Shown here piece after piece: positions 9,051 through 18,866 of a stretch of DNA of 64,000 bases (position 1 is the stretch's first letter; each line of letters begins with the position of its first letter). This stretch comes from Saccharofermentanales bacterium (GTDB taxonomy: Bacteria > Bacillota > Clostridia > Saccharofermentanales > DTU023), in the NCBI GenBank assembly GCA_050945495.1, contig JBMNTA010000004.1, positions 10,876 to 74,875 on the forward strand. Direction: 5' to 3'. Under the pieces are notes generated by a model that saw only the letters and a program-made list of their open reading frames with translations, made no database searches and had not been told where the DNA came from. The translations under genes were made by a program, and so were the position numbers.

Positions 9051-11747
9051 TTATTCCACCGTTTCGTCGGTGGGCTCCACCCGCACCGCGGCGATCTTGT
9101 ATGCACCCGTGAGCGTGATCGGGTCGAAGGCGCCTTGCGTCAGCTCGTTCGTCGGCGTCTCGGGGTAATGAAACGTCATGAACATCATGCCGGGCTTCAC
9201 GCGGTCGGTGAGCAGGACGCGCGTCTTGACGGAGCCGCGGCGGCTCGTGACGCGCACGACGTCGTGGGTGCGGACACCGAGGCGTTCGGCATCGACGGGG
9301 TTCAGCTCCGCTTCTTCGAACGGATGAATCTCCATCAACAGCTTCGACTGACGCGTCGTGACGTTGTAGTGGCCGAGTTTGCGCCCGGTGGTCAAGAGCA
9401 TCGGGTAATCCGCGTCGACCGTCTCGGTCGGCGGTTCGTAATCGACCGGCTTGAACGTCGCGCGGCCGCGCGGGAACACGCCTCGGTGGAGATACTTCGT
9501 GCCCGGATGCGTCGATGTCGGACACGGCCACTGAAGACCGTTGTGTTCATCGATTCTCCGGTAACTCATGCCGCGGTACGACGGGGTCGCCACGCAGAGC
9601 TCGTCGAAGATCGCCTCCGGATCCTCGAACGCAAAGCCCGGGGCGCCCATGGCTTGTGCGAGTTCACAGATGATCTGCCAGTCGGGTTTCGCGTCGCCGG
9701 GCGGGTCGACGGCCTTGCGCACGCGCTGGACGCGGCGCTCGGAGGCCGTGAAGGTGCCGTCTTTTTCGGCGTAGCACGCCGCGGGGAAAATGACGTCGGC
9801 GTAGTGCGCCGTCTCCGACATGAAGATCTCCTGCACAACGACGAAATCCATCGCCTCAAAGGCGGCGCGCACGTGGTTGGCATCCGGATCGCTTAAAACG
9901 GGATCCTCGCCCATGACGTACATCGCCTTGACCGTGCCCGCTTGGGCGCCGTCCATCATCTCGGGGATGCGAAGCCCGTTGTGTTCGTTGACGGGCACGC
10001 CCCAAAGCTCGGTGAAGAACCGAATCGACTTCGGCGACTCCACGGGCTGGTAGCCGGGATACGTGTTCGGCAGCGCGCCCAGGTCGCAGGCGCCCTGCAC
10101 GTTGTTTTGCCCGCGCAAGGGATTGACGCCGGCACTCTCGATGCCGACGTGCCCCGTGACGAGCGCAAGGTTGGCAAGGCTCATCACGTTGTGCGAACCG
10201 GCCGTGTGTTCCGTGATGCCGAGCGTGTAGAAGATGCCGGCCTTCTTATGGGTGGCATACATGCGCGCCGTCTTGCGGAGGGTCGCTTCGTCGATGCCCG
10301 TGATCTTTGCGACGACCTCCGGCGTGTACGCGCGAACGGTCTCGCGCAAAGCGTCGATGCCCTCGGTGCGCGAGGCGATGTAGTCGGCGTCTTCGAGCCC
10401 TTCCTCAAAAATAATGTGGATCAGGCCGTTGATGAGCGCGACGTCGGACCCTGCGTTGAGGGGCAGATGGAGATCGGCCATCGCGGCCAATTCCGTGGTA
10501 CGCGGATCGACGACGATGAGCTTCGTGCCCTTCCGGACCGCCTGCTTCATCTTGTTGCCGATGATCGGGTGCGCCTCCGTGGTGTTCGATCCGATGACGA
10601 ACAGGAGGTCGGCCTCCAGAACTTCGTTGACGGAGTTGGTCATGGCTCCGCTGCCCAGCGTGGTTGCAAGACCTGCAACCGTGGGGGCGTGTCAGGTTCG
10701 TGCGCAGTGATCGACGTTGTTCGTGCCGATCGCCGCGCGCATGAATTTCTGGAATAAATAGTTCTCTTCGTTGGTGCATCGGGCCGACGAGAGGCCGGCC
10801 ACGGCATCGGGACCGTACGTGTCGCGGATCTCCGTCAGCCGGGTCGCCGCATAACGGTACGCCTCCTCCCACGAGGCGGGAACGAGCTCACCGTCCTTGC
10901 GAATCAAGGGGGTGGTGAGCCGATCTTCGGAATGAATGAAATCGCTGTGGAAGCGCCCTTTCACGCAGAGCTCCGTGCCGTTGATCGGGGCCTCGGGGCA
11001 CGGCGTGACGCCGACGACGCGATCCGTCGTCTCGTCGACGTTGAGGTAGAAATTGCAGCCCGTGCCGCAGAAGGGGCACGTGGTCCGCACTTTTTTAAGC
11101 TCCCACGGCTTGTATCCGATGAACTGCTTGTTGATCAGGGCGCCGGTGGGGCACATCTCCACGCACTGGCCGCACATGCGGCAGATCTCGCGGCTGATCG
11201 GTCGATCGTTTGCGGTGGTCACGGTCGAGGTGAATCCGCGACCGACGTGATCGTACGTCGCCGTGCCCTGAATCTCACGGCAGACGCGGACGCACTTGCC
11301 GCACTTGATGCACTTTGATTGATCGCGAATCATGATGGGGTTCGCGGCATCGAGGATCGGGAGCGGCGCCTCGCGCATGTACGACGGCGATTTGACGCCG
11401 TACGCGCGACAGAGATCCTGCAATTTGCAGTGGCCGCCCTTCTCGCACGTCAAACAGTCAAGCGGATGGTTGCTGATCAGGAGATCGAGCATGTCGCGGC
11501 GCAGTTCGATGATCTCGGGCGTCTTCGTCCGGACAACCATGCCGTCGCGGGCATCGGTCGAACAGGCCGCGTGCAATTTTCGCTCGCCTTCGATCTCCAC
11601 CAGGCAGAGCCTGCAGCCCGAAAACGTCGACAGGGCGGGATCGTAACAGAGGTTGGGGATCTCGATGCCGACCGTGCGCGCCGCCTCCAGAAGATTCATC
11701 GGAGCGTCGAGCGTGACCGACCGGCCGTCGATGGTCAATTGCATCAT
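9051..11747 (-). CDS. fdhA: formate dehydrogenase alpha subunit, selenocysteine-containing (UGA at 10692-10694)
   Basis: Track ORFs 10692..11747 and 9051..10643 are in one frame. Read-through gives [30 protein letters not shown], the FdhF-type Sec active-site motif. The N-terminus has 2Fe-2S and 4Fe-4S Cys clusters, followed by a molybdopterin oxidoreductase body. Confidence 0.9.
10662..10694 (-). promoter_or_regulatory. UGA plus SECIS-like hairpin of fdhA
   Basis: UGA-CACGCCCCCAC-GGUUGCA-GGUCU-UGCAACC: 11 nt spacer, perfect 7-bp stem. Closely resembles the remembered E. coli fdhF SECIS (GGUUGCAGGUCUGCACC). Confidence 0.75.
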
Positions 11748-11757
11748 GCGGGATCAC

Positions 11758-12222
11758 CTACCAAACTTCCGCGTACGCGGTGTTGAGATACAAGGTCTCC
11801 AGCGCCGTCTTGTGCGCCTGTTCCATGTTTCTCAAATTGGTGAAGAGTTCTTTCAGACGGGGATCCGACGCCTCGGCGGCGAGCTTTTCGTACGTCTGCA
11901 TCGCCGCTTCTTCGCGTTTCACGGCCAAGGCCATGGCGTCGCTGAACGGCATGTCGGCCCACAGATTCGGCGTCTCGGAGATCACCTCTTCGGCAATGCG
12001 GTAATCGTGCGTCTGAGCCTTAATCGTGACGCTTAACGGGTCATCGCTTTCCAGCAGGCGCGTCAAAAAGTCTCGGTGATTTAATTCATCTTTCGCCAAA
12101 TTTTGAAATGTCTCTTTCAGGGCGTCGTTGTTGACTTTTTGGGCGGCGATGCGATAGAAATCGTAGGCGTCTTGCTCGGCTTGAATGCCGCGCTGAAGGG
12201 CGTGTTTCATAGCTTCGGTCAT
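11758..12222 (-). CDS. ferritin-like / rubrerythrin-family protein without a rubredoxin domain
   Basis: Two EXXH-type helices (KDELNHRDFL, NMEQAHKTAL). AAAGGGA RBS before ATG 12222. Stop lies 10 nt upstream of the fdhA start, so probably co-transcribed. Confidence 0.75.
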   Translation of the reverse strand: MTEAMKHALQRGIQAEQDAYDFYRIAAQKVNNDALKETFQNLAKDELNHRDFLTRLLESDDPLSVTIKAQTHDYRIAEEVISETPNLWADMPFSDAMALAVKREEAAMQTYEKLAAEASDPRLKELFTNLRNMEQAHKTALETLYLNTAYAEVW

Positions 12223-12325
12223 GATGGTGTCCCTTTCTTCCATCGCGTGCGAAAACGATGGCACACCTTGATTTTACCATAGGATCACCCGATGACCGGA
12301 GGTTATTTATGCAAAGATGTTTTGA

Positions 12326-13774
12326 TTAAATACGACGCCAGGTGCGATGCGAGAACAGAACGAGGATCGGAATGATCTCCAAGCGCCCCATGATCATGCC
12401 GAGGCTCAAGGTCACTTTCGAAAGGTCGCTCAAACCGGCATACGATCGGGTCGGACCGACGGCATCGAACCCGGGCCCGATGTTGTTGAAGGTCGCGGCC
12501 ACCGATGTGAACGCCGACGTCATGTTCGGCGCATGGAACGATACGATGATGAAGAGCACCATGAAGACCAAAATGTAGATCGCCAAATATTGATGGACGT
12601 TGGCGCGCAGCGTCGGGCTGACGGGCTTGCCCTCGAAACGGAGCTGGAGACGTCGTTTCGGATTCATGTTGGTTTTGATCTCCATCAACGACGACTTGAT
12701 GTACAGGGCGACGCGGCTGACCTTCAAGCCGCCGGCCGTCGATCCCGCCATGCCGCCGACAAACATCAGGGCCAGCAAAATGACGTGCGAGAGCAGCGGC
12801 CATTTCTCAAAGTCGGTGACGGAATAACCGGTCGTCGTGATGAGCGAGACGACCGTGAAGAAGACTTCGCGGAATTGCACCGCGAACGAGGCGTACAGGG
12901 CGCGTGTGTTGAGCAGGATGATCAGGACGGCGCCGCCGATGATCCCGAGGTACCAGCGCAATTCTTCGCTTTTGAACGCGCCGTAAACGCGGCGGAAAAT
13001 AAACGCGTAATACAGATTGAAGTTGATGCCGAACAAGAGCATGCCGATGGCCAATACATACTGGATGTACGGACTCGCGTAATGGGCGATGGAATCGGAA
13101 TAGAGCCCGAAGCCGCCGGTACCGGCCGCCCCGAACGCATTCAAAAAGGCCTCAAACGGCGGCATGTGGCCAAACATCAAGAGGATCGCGATGAGGAGCG
13201 TCAACACGAGATACATCGCATAGAGGACGCGGGCGGTGCTTTTCACGCGCGATCGAATCTTGCCGAACGTCGGCCCCGGCACTTCGGCCTGCATGATGAA
13301 GACGTCGTCGGTGCGGATGCGCGGCATGACGGCCAGCGCAAACACCAGGACGCCCATGCCGCCGATCAGGTGCGAAAACGAGCGCCAAAAGAGGATGGAT
13401 TTCGGCAAGTCTTCGGGGAACGGCACAACAGACGCACCGGTCGTGGTAAACCCCGAGACCGACTCGAAGATCGCGTCGGACCAGTGCGGAATCGTCCGAC
13501 TCAGCATGAACGGAATCGCTCCGAAAAGCGACAGCAAGAGCCACGTCAGCCCGACGACCGCAAAGCCCTCGCGCATGAAGAAGTCGCTGTTCTCGGGACG
13601 GCGATACGAACAGGCCGTTCCGATGAGCATCGCCAACACCATGGGGATCAGGAACGGCCAGACCCCGCCCCACCCCTCGCCGAATCCGACGGCGACGAAG
13701 ATGGACGGCACCATCAAAAGCCCGATGATGATCAGGAGCCGCCCGAGCACGAAACGCACCATGTCGCGATTCAT
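12326..13774 (-). CDS. trkH: TrkH/KtrB-family potassium uptake membrane subunit
   Basis: Polytopic protein with a TrkH selectivity-filter-like segment (SGFTTTGASV, TTTGYSV). GGCGGAGG RBS. Confidence 0.9.
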   Translation of the reverse strand: MNRDMVRFVLGRLLIIIGLLMVPSIFVAVGFGEGWGGVWPFLIPMVLAMLIGTACSYRRPENSDFFMREGFAVVGLTWLLLSLFGAIPFMLSRTIPHWSDAIFESVSGFTTTGASVVPFPEDLPKSILFWRSFSHLIGGMGVLVFALAVMPRIRTDDVFIMQAEVPGPTFGKIRSRVKSTARVLYAMYLVLTLLIAILLMFGHMPPFEAFLNAFGAAGTGGFGLYSDSIAHYASPYIQYVLAIGMLLFGINFNLYYAFIFRRVYGAFKSEELRWYLGIIGGAVLIILLNTRALYASFAVQFREVFFTVVSLITTTGYSVTDFEKWPLLSHVILLALMFVGGMAGSTAGGLKVSRVALYIKSSLMEIKTNMNPKRRLQLRFEGKPVSPTLRANVHQYLAIYILVFMVLFIIVSFHAPNMTSAFTSVAATFNNIGPGFDAVGPTRSYAGLSDLSKVTLSLGMIMGRLEIIPILVLFSHRTWRRI

Positions 13775-13789
13775 CGTCGACCTCCGCCT

Positions 13790-15145
13790 TTATTTGACCA
13801 GGATGTCGCTGACATCGCGGAAGTTCGGCGTCGTCGTGACGACGATGATCTCGTCGTTCGGACGAATGATGTCGGATCCGGAGGGGAAGATGATGTCGTC
13901 GTCACGCAAGATGCAGAGGATCAAAAGCCCCGGCTTCGTCTCCATGTCCATCAACGGAATGTCGCAGACGGGACTGTCGTCGGCCACGTGGAATTGCAGC
14001 ACTTCCGCAAGTCCCCCCGCCACCCGATAGAACGCCTCGATGTTGGACCCCTTGATGTTGTCGGTGGAGCGAACGAAGCGGACGATTTCGTCGGCGATCA
14101 GTCGGCGCGGCGTGATGATGGCCTGCAGGCCGACGTTGTCGAGAACGTTCAATAAATTCGTGCGATTGACCTTCGTGATCGTCTTCGGCACCCCGACGCG
14201 CGACGCGTAGATCGAAATCAGCAAGTTCTCCTCATCGATGCCCGTCAGGGCGATGACGGCATCGCTGTTGTAGATGCGCTCTTCACGCAAAATCGCCTGA
14301 TCGGTGCCGTCGGCGCAGATGATGTCGGCCTTCGGGAATTCGCCCGCCAGTCGATCGGCGACCGCCTCGTCGTATTCGATGACCTTGAGGCGCATGTTCA
14401 ATTTTTGGAGCATCGGCAGCACGTACCGCGTGATGCGTCCGCCGCCGATGATGATGACGTTCTCGGGGCGCTTGGAACGATCGGGATCGACACGCATGAA
14501 GCGGTGAATCTCGGTCGGAAGCCCCGTGATGTAAAGCTTGTCATCGGCCCGAAGCACGAAATCGCCGGACGGAATCACGATGTCGCCGTCGCGCTCGACG
14601 GCCGCAATCAAGACGTCGCCGTGTTGACGTCCCAGATCCCGGAGGCTCTGTCCGATGTACATGGAATCTTCGGCGAGATCGGTCTCGACGATGAAGACGC
14701 GGGCGTGACCGAACGATTCGACGCCCATCGCCGCGGGGAAGCGCATCATGCGATCGATGGCGCGCGCCGCCTCGTAGTCGGGGTTGATCATCAAATCGAT
14801 GCCCAGGGATTCGCGCAAGAACGCCATTTGATGAAAGTACTCAGGGCTGCGGACGCGCGCGACGACGTACCGCGCACCGATTTTCTTGGCGGTGATGGCC
14901 GCGATGATGTTGGTCTCATCGTCGGGCGTCACGGCGATGAACATATCGCAGGTGTCGACGTCGGCTTCGCGCTGAACGTCCAACAGGGAACCGTTGCCCT
15001 GCACACCCGCGATGTCCGCCATGTGAATCATCTGATCGATGCGTTTTTCGCTTTGATCGATGATGATCACGCGGTGATCTTCCAAACTCAAATCGTGGCA
15101 AATCACTTCGCCGACTTTGCCTGCGCCGCAGACAACAATGTCCAT
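13790..15145 (-). CDS. trkA: Trk system NAD-binding (RCK) subunit TrkA
   Basis: Two Rossmann starts (VVCGAGKVG, IIIGGGRITRY) giving a duplicated RCK architecture. GAGGGAG RBS. Confidence 0.9.
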   Translation of the reverse strand: MDIVVCGAGKVGEVICHDLSLEDHRVIIIDQSEKRIDQMIHMADIAGVQGNGSLLDVQREADVDTCDMFIAVTPDDETNIIAAITAKKIGARYVVARVRSPEYFHQMAFLRESLGIDLMINPDYEAARAIDRMMRFPAAMGVESFGHARVFIVETDLAEDSMYIGQSLRDLGRQHGDVLIAAVERDGDIVIPSGDFVLRADDKLYITGLPTEIHRFMRVDPDRSKRPENVIIIGGGRITRYVLPMLQKLNMRLKVIEYDEAVADRLAGEFPKADIICADGTDQAILREERIYNSDAVIALTGIDEENLLISIYASRVGVPKTITKVNRTNLLNVLDNVGLQAIITPRRLIADEIVRFVRSTDNIKGSNIEAFYRVAGGLAEVLQFHVADDSPVCDIPLMDMETKPGLLILCILRDDDIIFPSGSDIIRPNDEIIVVTTTPNFRDVSDILVK

Positions 15146-15148
15146 CGT

Positions 15149-15559
15149 TTACTCCCTCGTATATCGACCGAACGGCTCGCGTTCAAACGCGAGGAAGCGT
15201 TCGCCCTGAAATGTCAACGTCCCGCGATCGCCTTCGACGAGATGCCCGGCCACCCGCGCGTCGATCTCCATCTCCAGTCGATCACCGCTGTCGAACTCAA
15301 ACGTCGCGTAATAGCGCGTGTACGCATTCGCCGCGCTGCCGTAACGCACATCGCCGCGCGCCGAATGACCGACCTCGGTGCGTTTCTCGACGACCGTGGC
15401 ATCGACCGTCAGACGCGGCGATTTTTGATCCTTACGATAGCGCTTGGCGCGCACAACAAAAGAATACAGAATGATGACCAACACCACCAAAAAGAAGATG
15501 ATGAAAAGCGTCATAAACGTATTCATCTGTCCGAATAAACCTACGTTTGCGATGTCCAC
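15149..15559 (-). CDS. small single-pass membrane protein (DUF2500-like by recollection)
   Basis: N-terminal TM FMTLFIIFFLVVLVIILYSFVV followed by a soluble beta-rich domain. GTG start with AGGAGC RBS. Confidence 0.6.
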   Translation of the reverse strand: MDIANVGLFGQMNTFMTLFIIFFLVVLVIILYSFVVRAKRYRKDQKSPRLTVDATVVEKRTEVGHSARGDVRYGSAANAYTRYYATFEFDSGDRLEMEIDARVAGHLVEGDRGTLTFQGERFLAFEREPFGRYTRE

Positions 15560-15571
15560 AGCTTGATGCTC

Positions 15572-16000
15572 CTATACGTCGATGTCCAACATGCGCATCG
15601 CTTTGATGACTTCGCGACACACGGTGGTTTGGGGGCGCAAGCGTTGCGTCTCTTCCGTTCCGTCGCCGTATTTCAGGTAAAATTCCATCGACTTCACCTG
15701 TTCCCGATATCGTCCCGACGCCATCCCCAAGAGGAACCCCCAATCGCCGGCGATCCATTTGCCGAGGATCGCCTTTTCCAGCGTATCGTCGTGACCTTTG
15801 ACATCGACCATGAGCAATTTGGCGTCTTGCAAACCGTGTTCTCGAAGCTTCAAAAGCGTTCGCCGCTCGGACACCGCGCGCCCGATCAAGCCGATGATAT
15901 AGACGATGGGCAAGAGAATCAACATCCATTTGAGCAACGTGCCGAACGCCGTGCCTTTGCACGCCGTCGTCGGAAGCCATGCCCCTAGCTCATGGATCAT
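15572..16000 (-). CDS. hypothetical membrane-anchored protein, first gene of the trk operon
   Basis: GAGGAG RBS 6 nt before ATG 16000. One TM (WMLILLPIVYIIGLIG). No family recognised. Confidence 0.6.
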   Translation of the reverse strand: MIHELGAWLPTTACKGTAFGTLLKWMLILLPIVYIIGLIGRAVSERRTLLKLREHGLQDAKLLMVDVKGHDDTLEKAILGKWIAGDWGFLLGMASGRYREQVKSMEFYLKYGDGTEETQRLRPQTTVCREVIKAMRMLDIDV

Positions 16001-16092
16001 CGGTCGCTCCTCTTCTCGGGCGCTCGGAATCCCTCCCGCGCGCGTTCGAATGATGCGCTTTCAATATAGCAGACATCGCCCGCTTTTTGACC

Positions 16093-16129
16093 CAAAAGAC
16101 GGGACGCTCCCGCATGTCGGAAGCGTCCC
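16093..16129 (-). terminator. intrinsic terminator after the amidohydrolase gene
   Basis: Minus strand reads GGGACGCTTCCGACATGCGGGAGCGTCCC-GTCTTTT. Confidence 0.65.
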
Positions 16130-16159
16130 GCCCATCGCAGATCGTTCAGGATCTCACGT

Positions 16160-17395
16160 CTAATCGGCGTAGTGGGTCTCTCGAATGTTCTTTAAAAGAA
16201 TCTTGCCTTCGCGAATCACGTACGGGCGGTTCGGGCAGAGCGCCATCGCCTCGCGGATGTTCTTCGCCTCGATGAGCACCAGGTTGGCGGTGCAGCCCTC
16301 TTCCAGGCCGTAGCCTTCGAGGTTCATGATTTTGTTCGCATCCGTCGTGATCATGTCGAACACTTTTTCCAGTTCCGGCGGCAGGCTCATCTGCGCGGCA
16401 TGGACGGTCACGTTCGCCACCTGCAGCATGTCGGCGCTGCCCAAGGGATAGAACGTGTCGTTCACGCAGTCTTGACCGAAGCTGACGTTGACGCCGGCCT
16501 CGAGCAATTCTTTCACGCGCGTGATGCCGCGGCGAATCGGCTGACGGTCGAGACGCCCTTGGAGCATCAGGTTCGTCACGGGATTCGTGATGATGTGCAT
16601 CTTCGCCTTGGCGACTTTCTCAATCACGTACGCGGCGTAGTGGTCGTCGTAGGCGGCCAGCGCACAGGTGTGTCCGGCGGTGACGCGACCTTCCCAGCCG
16701 CGCTTGATCGTCTCGTCGGCGACCATCTCGAGGGTGCGGTAGAACGGATCGTCCGTCTCGTCGACGTGCATGTCAACGTCGGCGTCGTATTTTTCCGCGA
16801 GATCGAAGCAGTAGCGGACGTGGGCGAGGCTGTCGTCGGGCGAGTTTTCGTTCGCCGGCATGCCGCCGACGATGTCGCAGCCCATCTTCATCGCTTCGTC
16901 CATGAGCTTGTCGCAGCCGGGATCTTTGAGAATGCCCTCTTGCGGGAAGGCGACGAGTTGCAACGTCATTTTGTCTTTGTAACGGTCGCGCAACGCCAGG
17001 ACGCCCTCCAGCGGCTTCAATCCGCCGATGGTGTCGATGTCGATGTGCGTACGCATGGCCAACGTGCCGTTGGCGAGGGCCTTGTCGACGACGTCGCCCG
17101 CGCGTTCGAGCACGTCCTCATTCGTGTACTGACGTTTGCGATCCCAGATGATCTCGATCGCCTCGGTGAGCGTTCCGGATTCGTTCTTCCGAACGCTGTC
17201 GAGGATGTTGACTTTGTCCAAGTGAATGTGCGGGTCGATGAGCGCGGGCACGAGGAGGTTCTCCTCGGCGTCGATCGTCGTCTCGGCCTGGACGTCCAAC
17301 GCCTGCCCGATCTCCTTGATCTTTTTGCCTTCGCAATACACGTCCCAAAGTCCGTCGCGATCTCGAAGGATGCAGTTCTTGATAAGTAATGACAT
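16160..17395 (-). CDS. amidohydrolase-superfamily enzyme, cytosine deaminase (CodA)/AtzC-like
   Basis: LVPALIDPHIHLDK metal-binding start, later HVDE and a TIM-barrel amidohydrolase layout. AAAGGAG RBS. Confidence 0.85.
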   Translation of the reverse strand: MSLLIKNCILRDRDGLWDVYCEGKKIKEIGQALDVQAETTIDAEENLLVPALIDPHIHLDKVNILDSVRKNESGTLTEAIEIIWDRKRQYTNEDVLERAGDVVDKALANGTLAMRTHIDIDTIGGLKPLEGVLALRDRYKDKMTLQLVAFPQEGILKDPGCDKLMDEAMKMGCDIVGGMPANENSPDDSLAHVRYCFDLAEKYDADVDMHVDETDDPFYRTLEMVADETIKRGWEGRVTAGHTCALAAYDDHYAAYVIEKVAKAKMHIITNPVTNLMLQGRLDRQPIRRGITRVKELLEAGVNVSFGQDCVNDTFYPLGSADMLQVANVTVHAAQMSLPPELEKVFDMITTDANKIMNLEGYGLEEGCTANLVLIEAKNIREAMALCPNRPYVIREGKILLKNIRETHYAD

Positions 17396-17437
17396 GGTGG
17401 CTCCTTTCCTGAGTCTAACGCTTGGTATCTTTTAAGG

Positions 17438-17998
17438 TTATTGGTTCCGTAATTCTTCGGCCGCCTTTTCGATCGCATTGACGATCGGGATGTAGCCCGT
17501 GCAGCGGCAGATGTTGCCCGCCACCGCCTGGCGGATCTCTTCGCGCGTCGCCTCCGGGTTTTTCTTCAGCAACGCGTACGCGCTCATCACAAATCCCGGG
17601 GTGCAAAATCCGCATTGGACGGCGTCGCCGTCCACGAAACACCGCTGAATGACGCTGCCGATCGCGTCTTCGCTCATGCCTTCGATCGTCAAAATCTCGG
17701 CATCCTGCATCTGACCGGCCAGCACGAGGCAGCTCGTCACGGCATTGCCGTTCAAGACCACGGTGCACGCACCGCACTCTCCGACGCCGCACCCTTCTTT
17801 CGTGCCGGTGAGCCCCAGCTCATCGCGGATCACATCGAGCATCCGCATCCCCGGCGGCACCGTGACGGTGTACGGTTCTCCGTTTAACGTAAACGACACC
17901 TCGATGGTCTCGCGATCGGGCGATGACGCCATCGCTTGCTTAACCTCGGTCGCGGTGATATTTTTGGTTTGCGTTTGAGGTTTGTCTTTAGTGGTCAT
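17438..17998 (-). CDS. (2Fe-2S)-binding small subunit of a xanthine dehydrogenase-family molybdenum hydroxylase
   Basis: GCGVGECGACTV and CGFCTPG cluster motifs plus NICRCTGY. AAGGAGAG RBS. Overlaps the FAD subunit stop. Confidence 0.9.
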   Translation of the reverse strand: MTTKDKPQTQTKNITATEVKQAMASSPDRETIEVSFTLNGEPYTVTVPPGMRMLDVIRDELGLTGTKEGCGVGECGACTVVLNGNAVTSCLVLAGQMQDAEILTIEGMSEDAIGSVIQRCFVDGDAVQCGFCTPGFVMSAYALLKKNPEATREEIRQAVAGNICRCTGYIPIVNAIEKAAEELRNQ

Positions 17999-18866
17999 CG
18001 GTCTCTCCTTTGATCAGTTTTCTAAGAATACGTTCCGCCAAATTGCGGCATACCGGTTGCTTGTAAGCGGTCGACTTACGGATGCCCGCGATTTCGGGAA
18101 TCTTATCCGAAAGGGCGCGTGCGACCGCTTGGATGTCCCGATCGGTCGGTCGTTTGCCGACCAGCATCGCGGAGATGTCGGGGAACGTCATCGGGCGCGG
18201 GAACGTCGCTCCCATGGTCATGTCAAAGAACGTCACCACCCCGTCATCGTCCATTTCCAACAACGTCGCAATCGTCATGCGGGAAATCGACAGGGCTTTT
18301 CGACGCCCAATCTTGGTGAAATCATATTGAACGTTCGGGCCGAGCTTTTGGATGCGCACGCTGACGATCAGGTCGCGATCGCTTAAGTTCGTCTTGTAGG
18401 GTCGCTCGAAGATATCGACGAGCGGCTCCACCCGCATGACGCCGTCGCGGAGAATGACCACTTCGGCACGGAGCAGGGCCAACGCCGCCAGCGTGTCGGC
18501 CGCGGGCGATGCATTGGCGATGTTGCCGCCGATCGTCGCATGCTGGCGGATCTGCAACGATCCGACCGATCGGGACGCTTCCGCGAGGATCGGCATGTAA
18601 CGCTTGACGAGCGGCGAGGCCGCGATGTCTTCATGCGTGGCACAGGCCCGAATGATCACTTCGTCGCCCTGTTCCTCGATCGTACGCAACGCCGGGATGC
18701 CGAAGACGTCGATGAACGTGTGATCTCGATAGGCATCGGTCTCGCGGGCCTTGACCAGCACATCGCTGCCGCCGGCCAAAATCATGACGGGGCCGTCCAC
18801 GGAAGCCACGGCCTGCTCGAAGTCCTCGAGCGTCGTGACGCGAATGTAATCGTGCATTTTAATCAT
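17988..18866 (-). CDS. FAD-binding medium subunit (CoxM/XdhB-like) of the molybdenum hydroxylase
   Basis: ILAGGSDVLV and ATIGGNIANASPAADT FAD motifs. ATGA-type start overlap with the large subunit stop (start 18866 rather than 18899). Confidence 0.9.
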   Translation of the reverse strand: MIKMHDYIRVTTLEDFEQAVASVDGPVMILAGGSDVLVKARETDAYRDHTFIDVFGIPALRTIEEQGDEVIIRACATHEDIAASPLVKRYMPILAEASRSVGSLQIRQHATIGGNIANASPAADTLAALALLRAEVVILRDGVMRVEPLVDIFERPYKTNLSDRDLIVSVRIQKLGPNVQYDFTKIGRRKALSISRMTIATLLEMDDDGVVTFFDMTMGATFPRPMTFPDISAMLVGKRPTDRDIQAVARALSDKIPEIAGIRKSTAYKQPVCRNLAERILRKLIKGETDDH

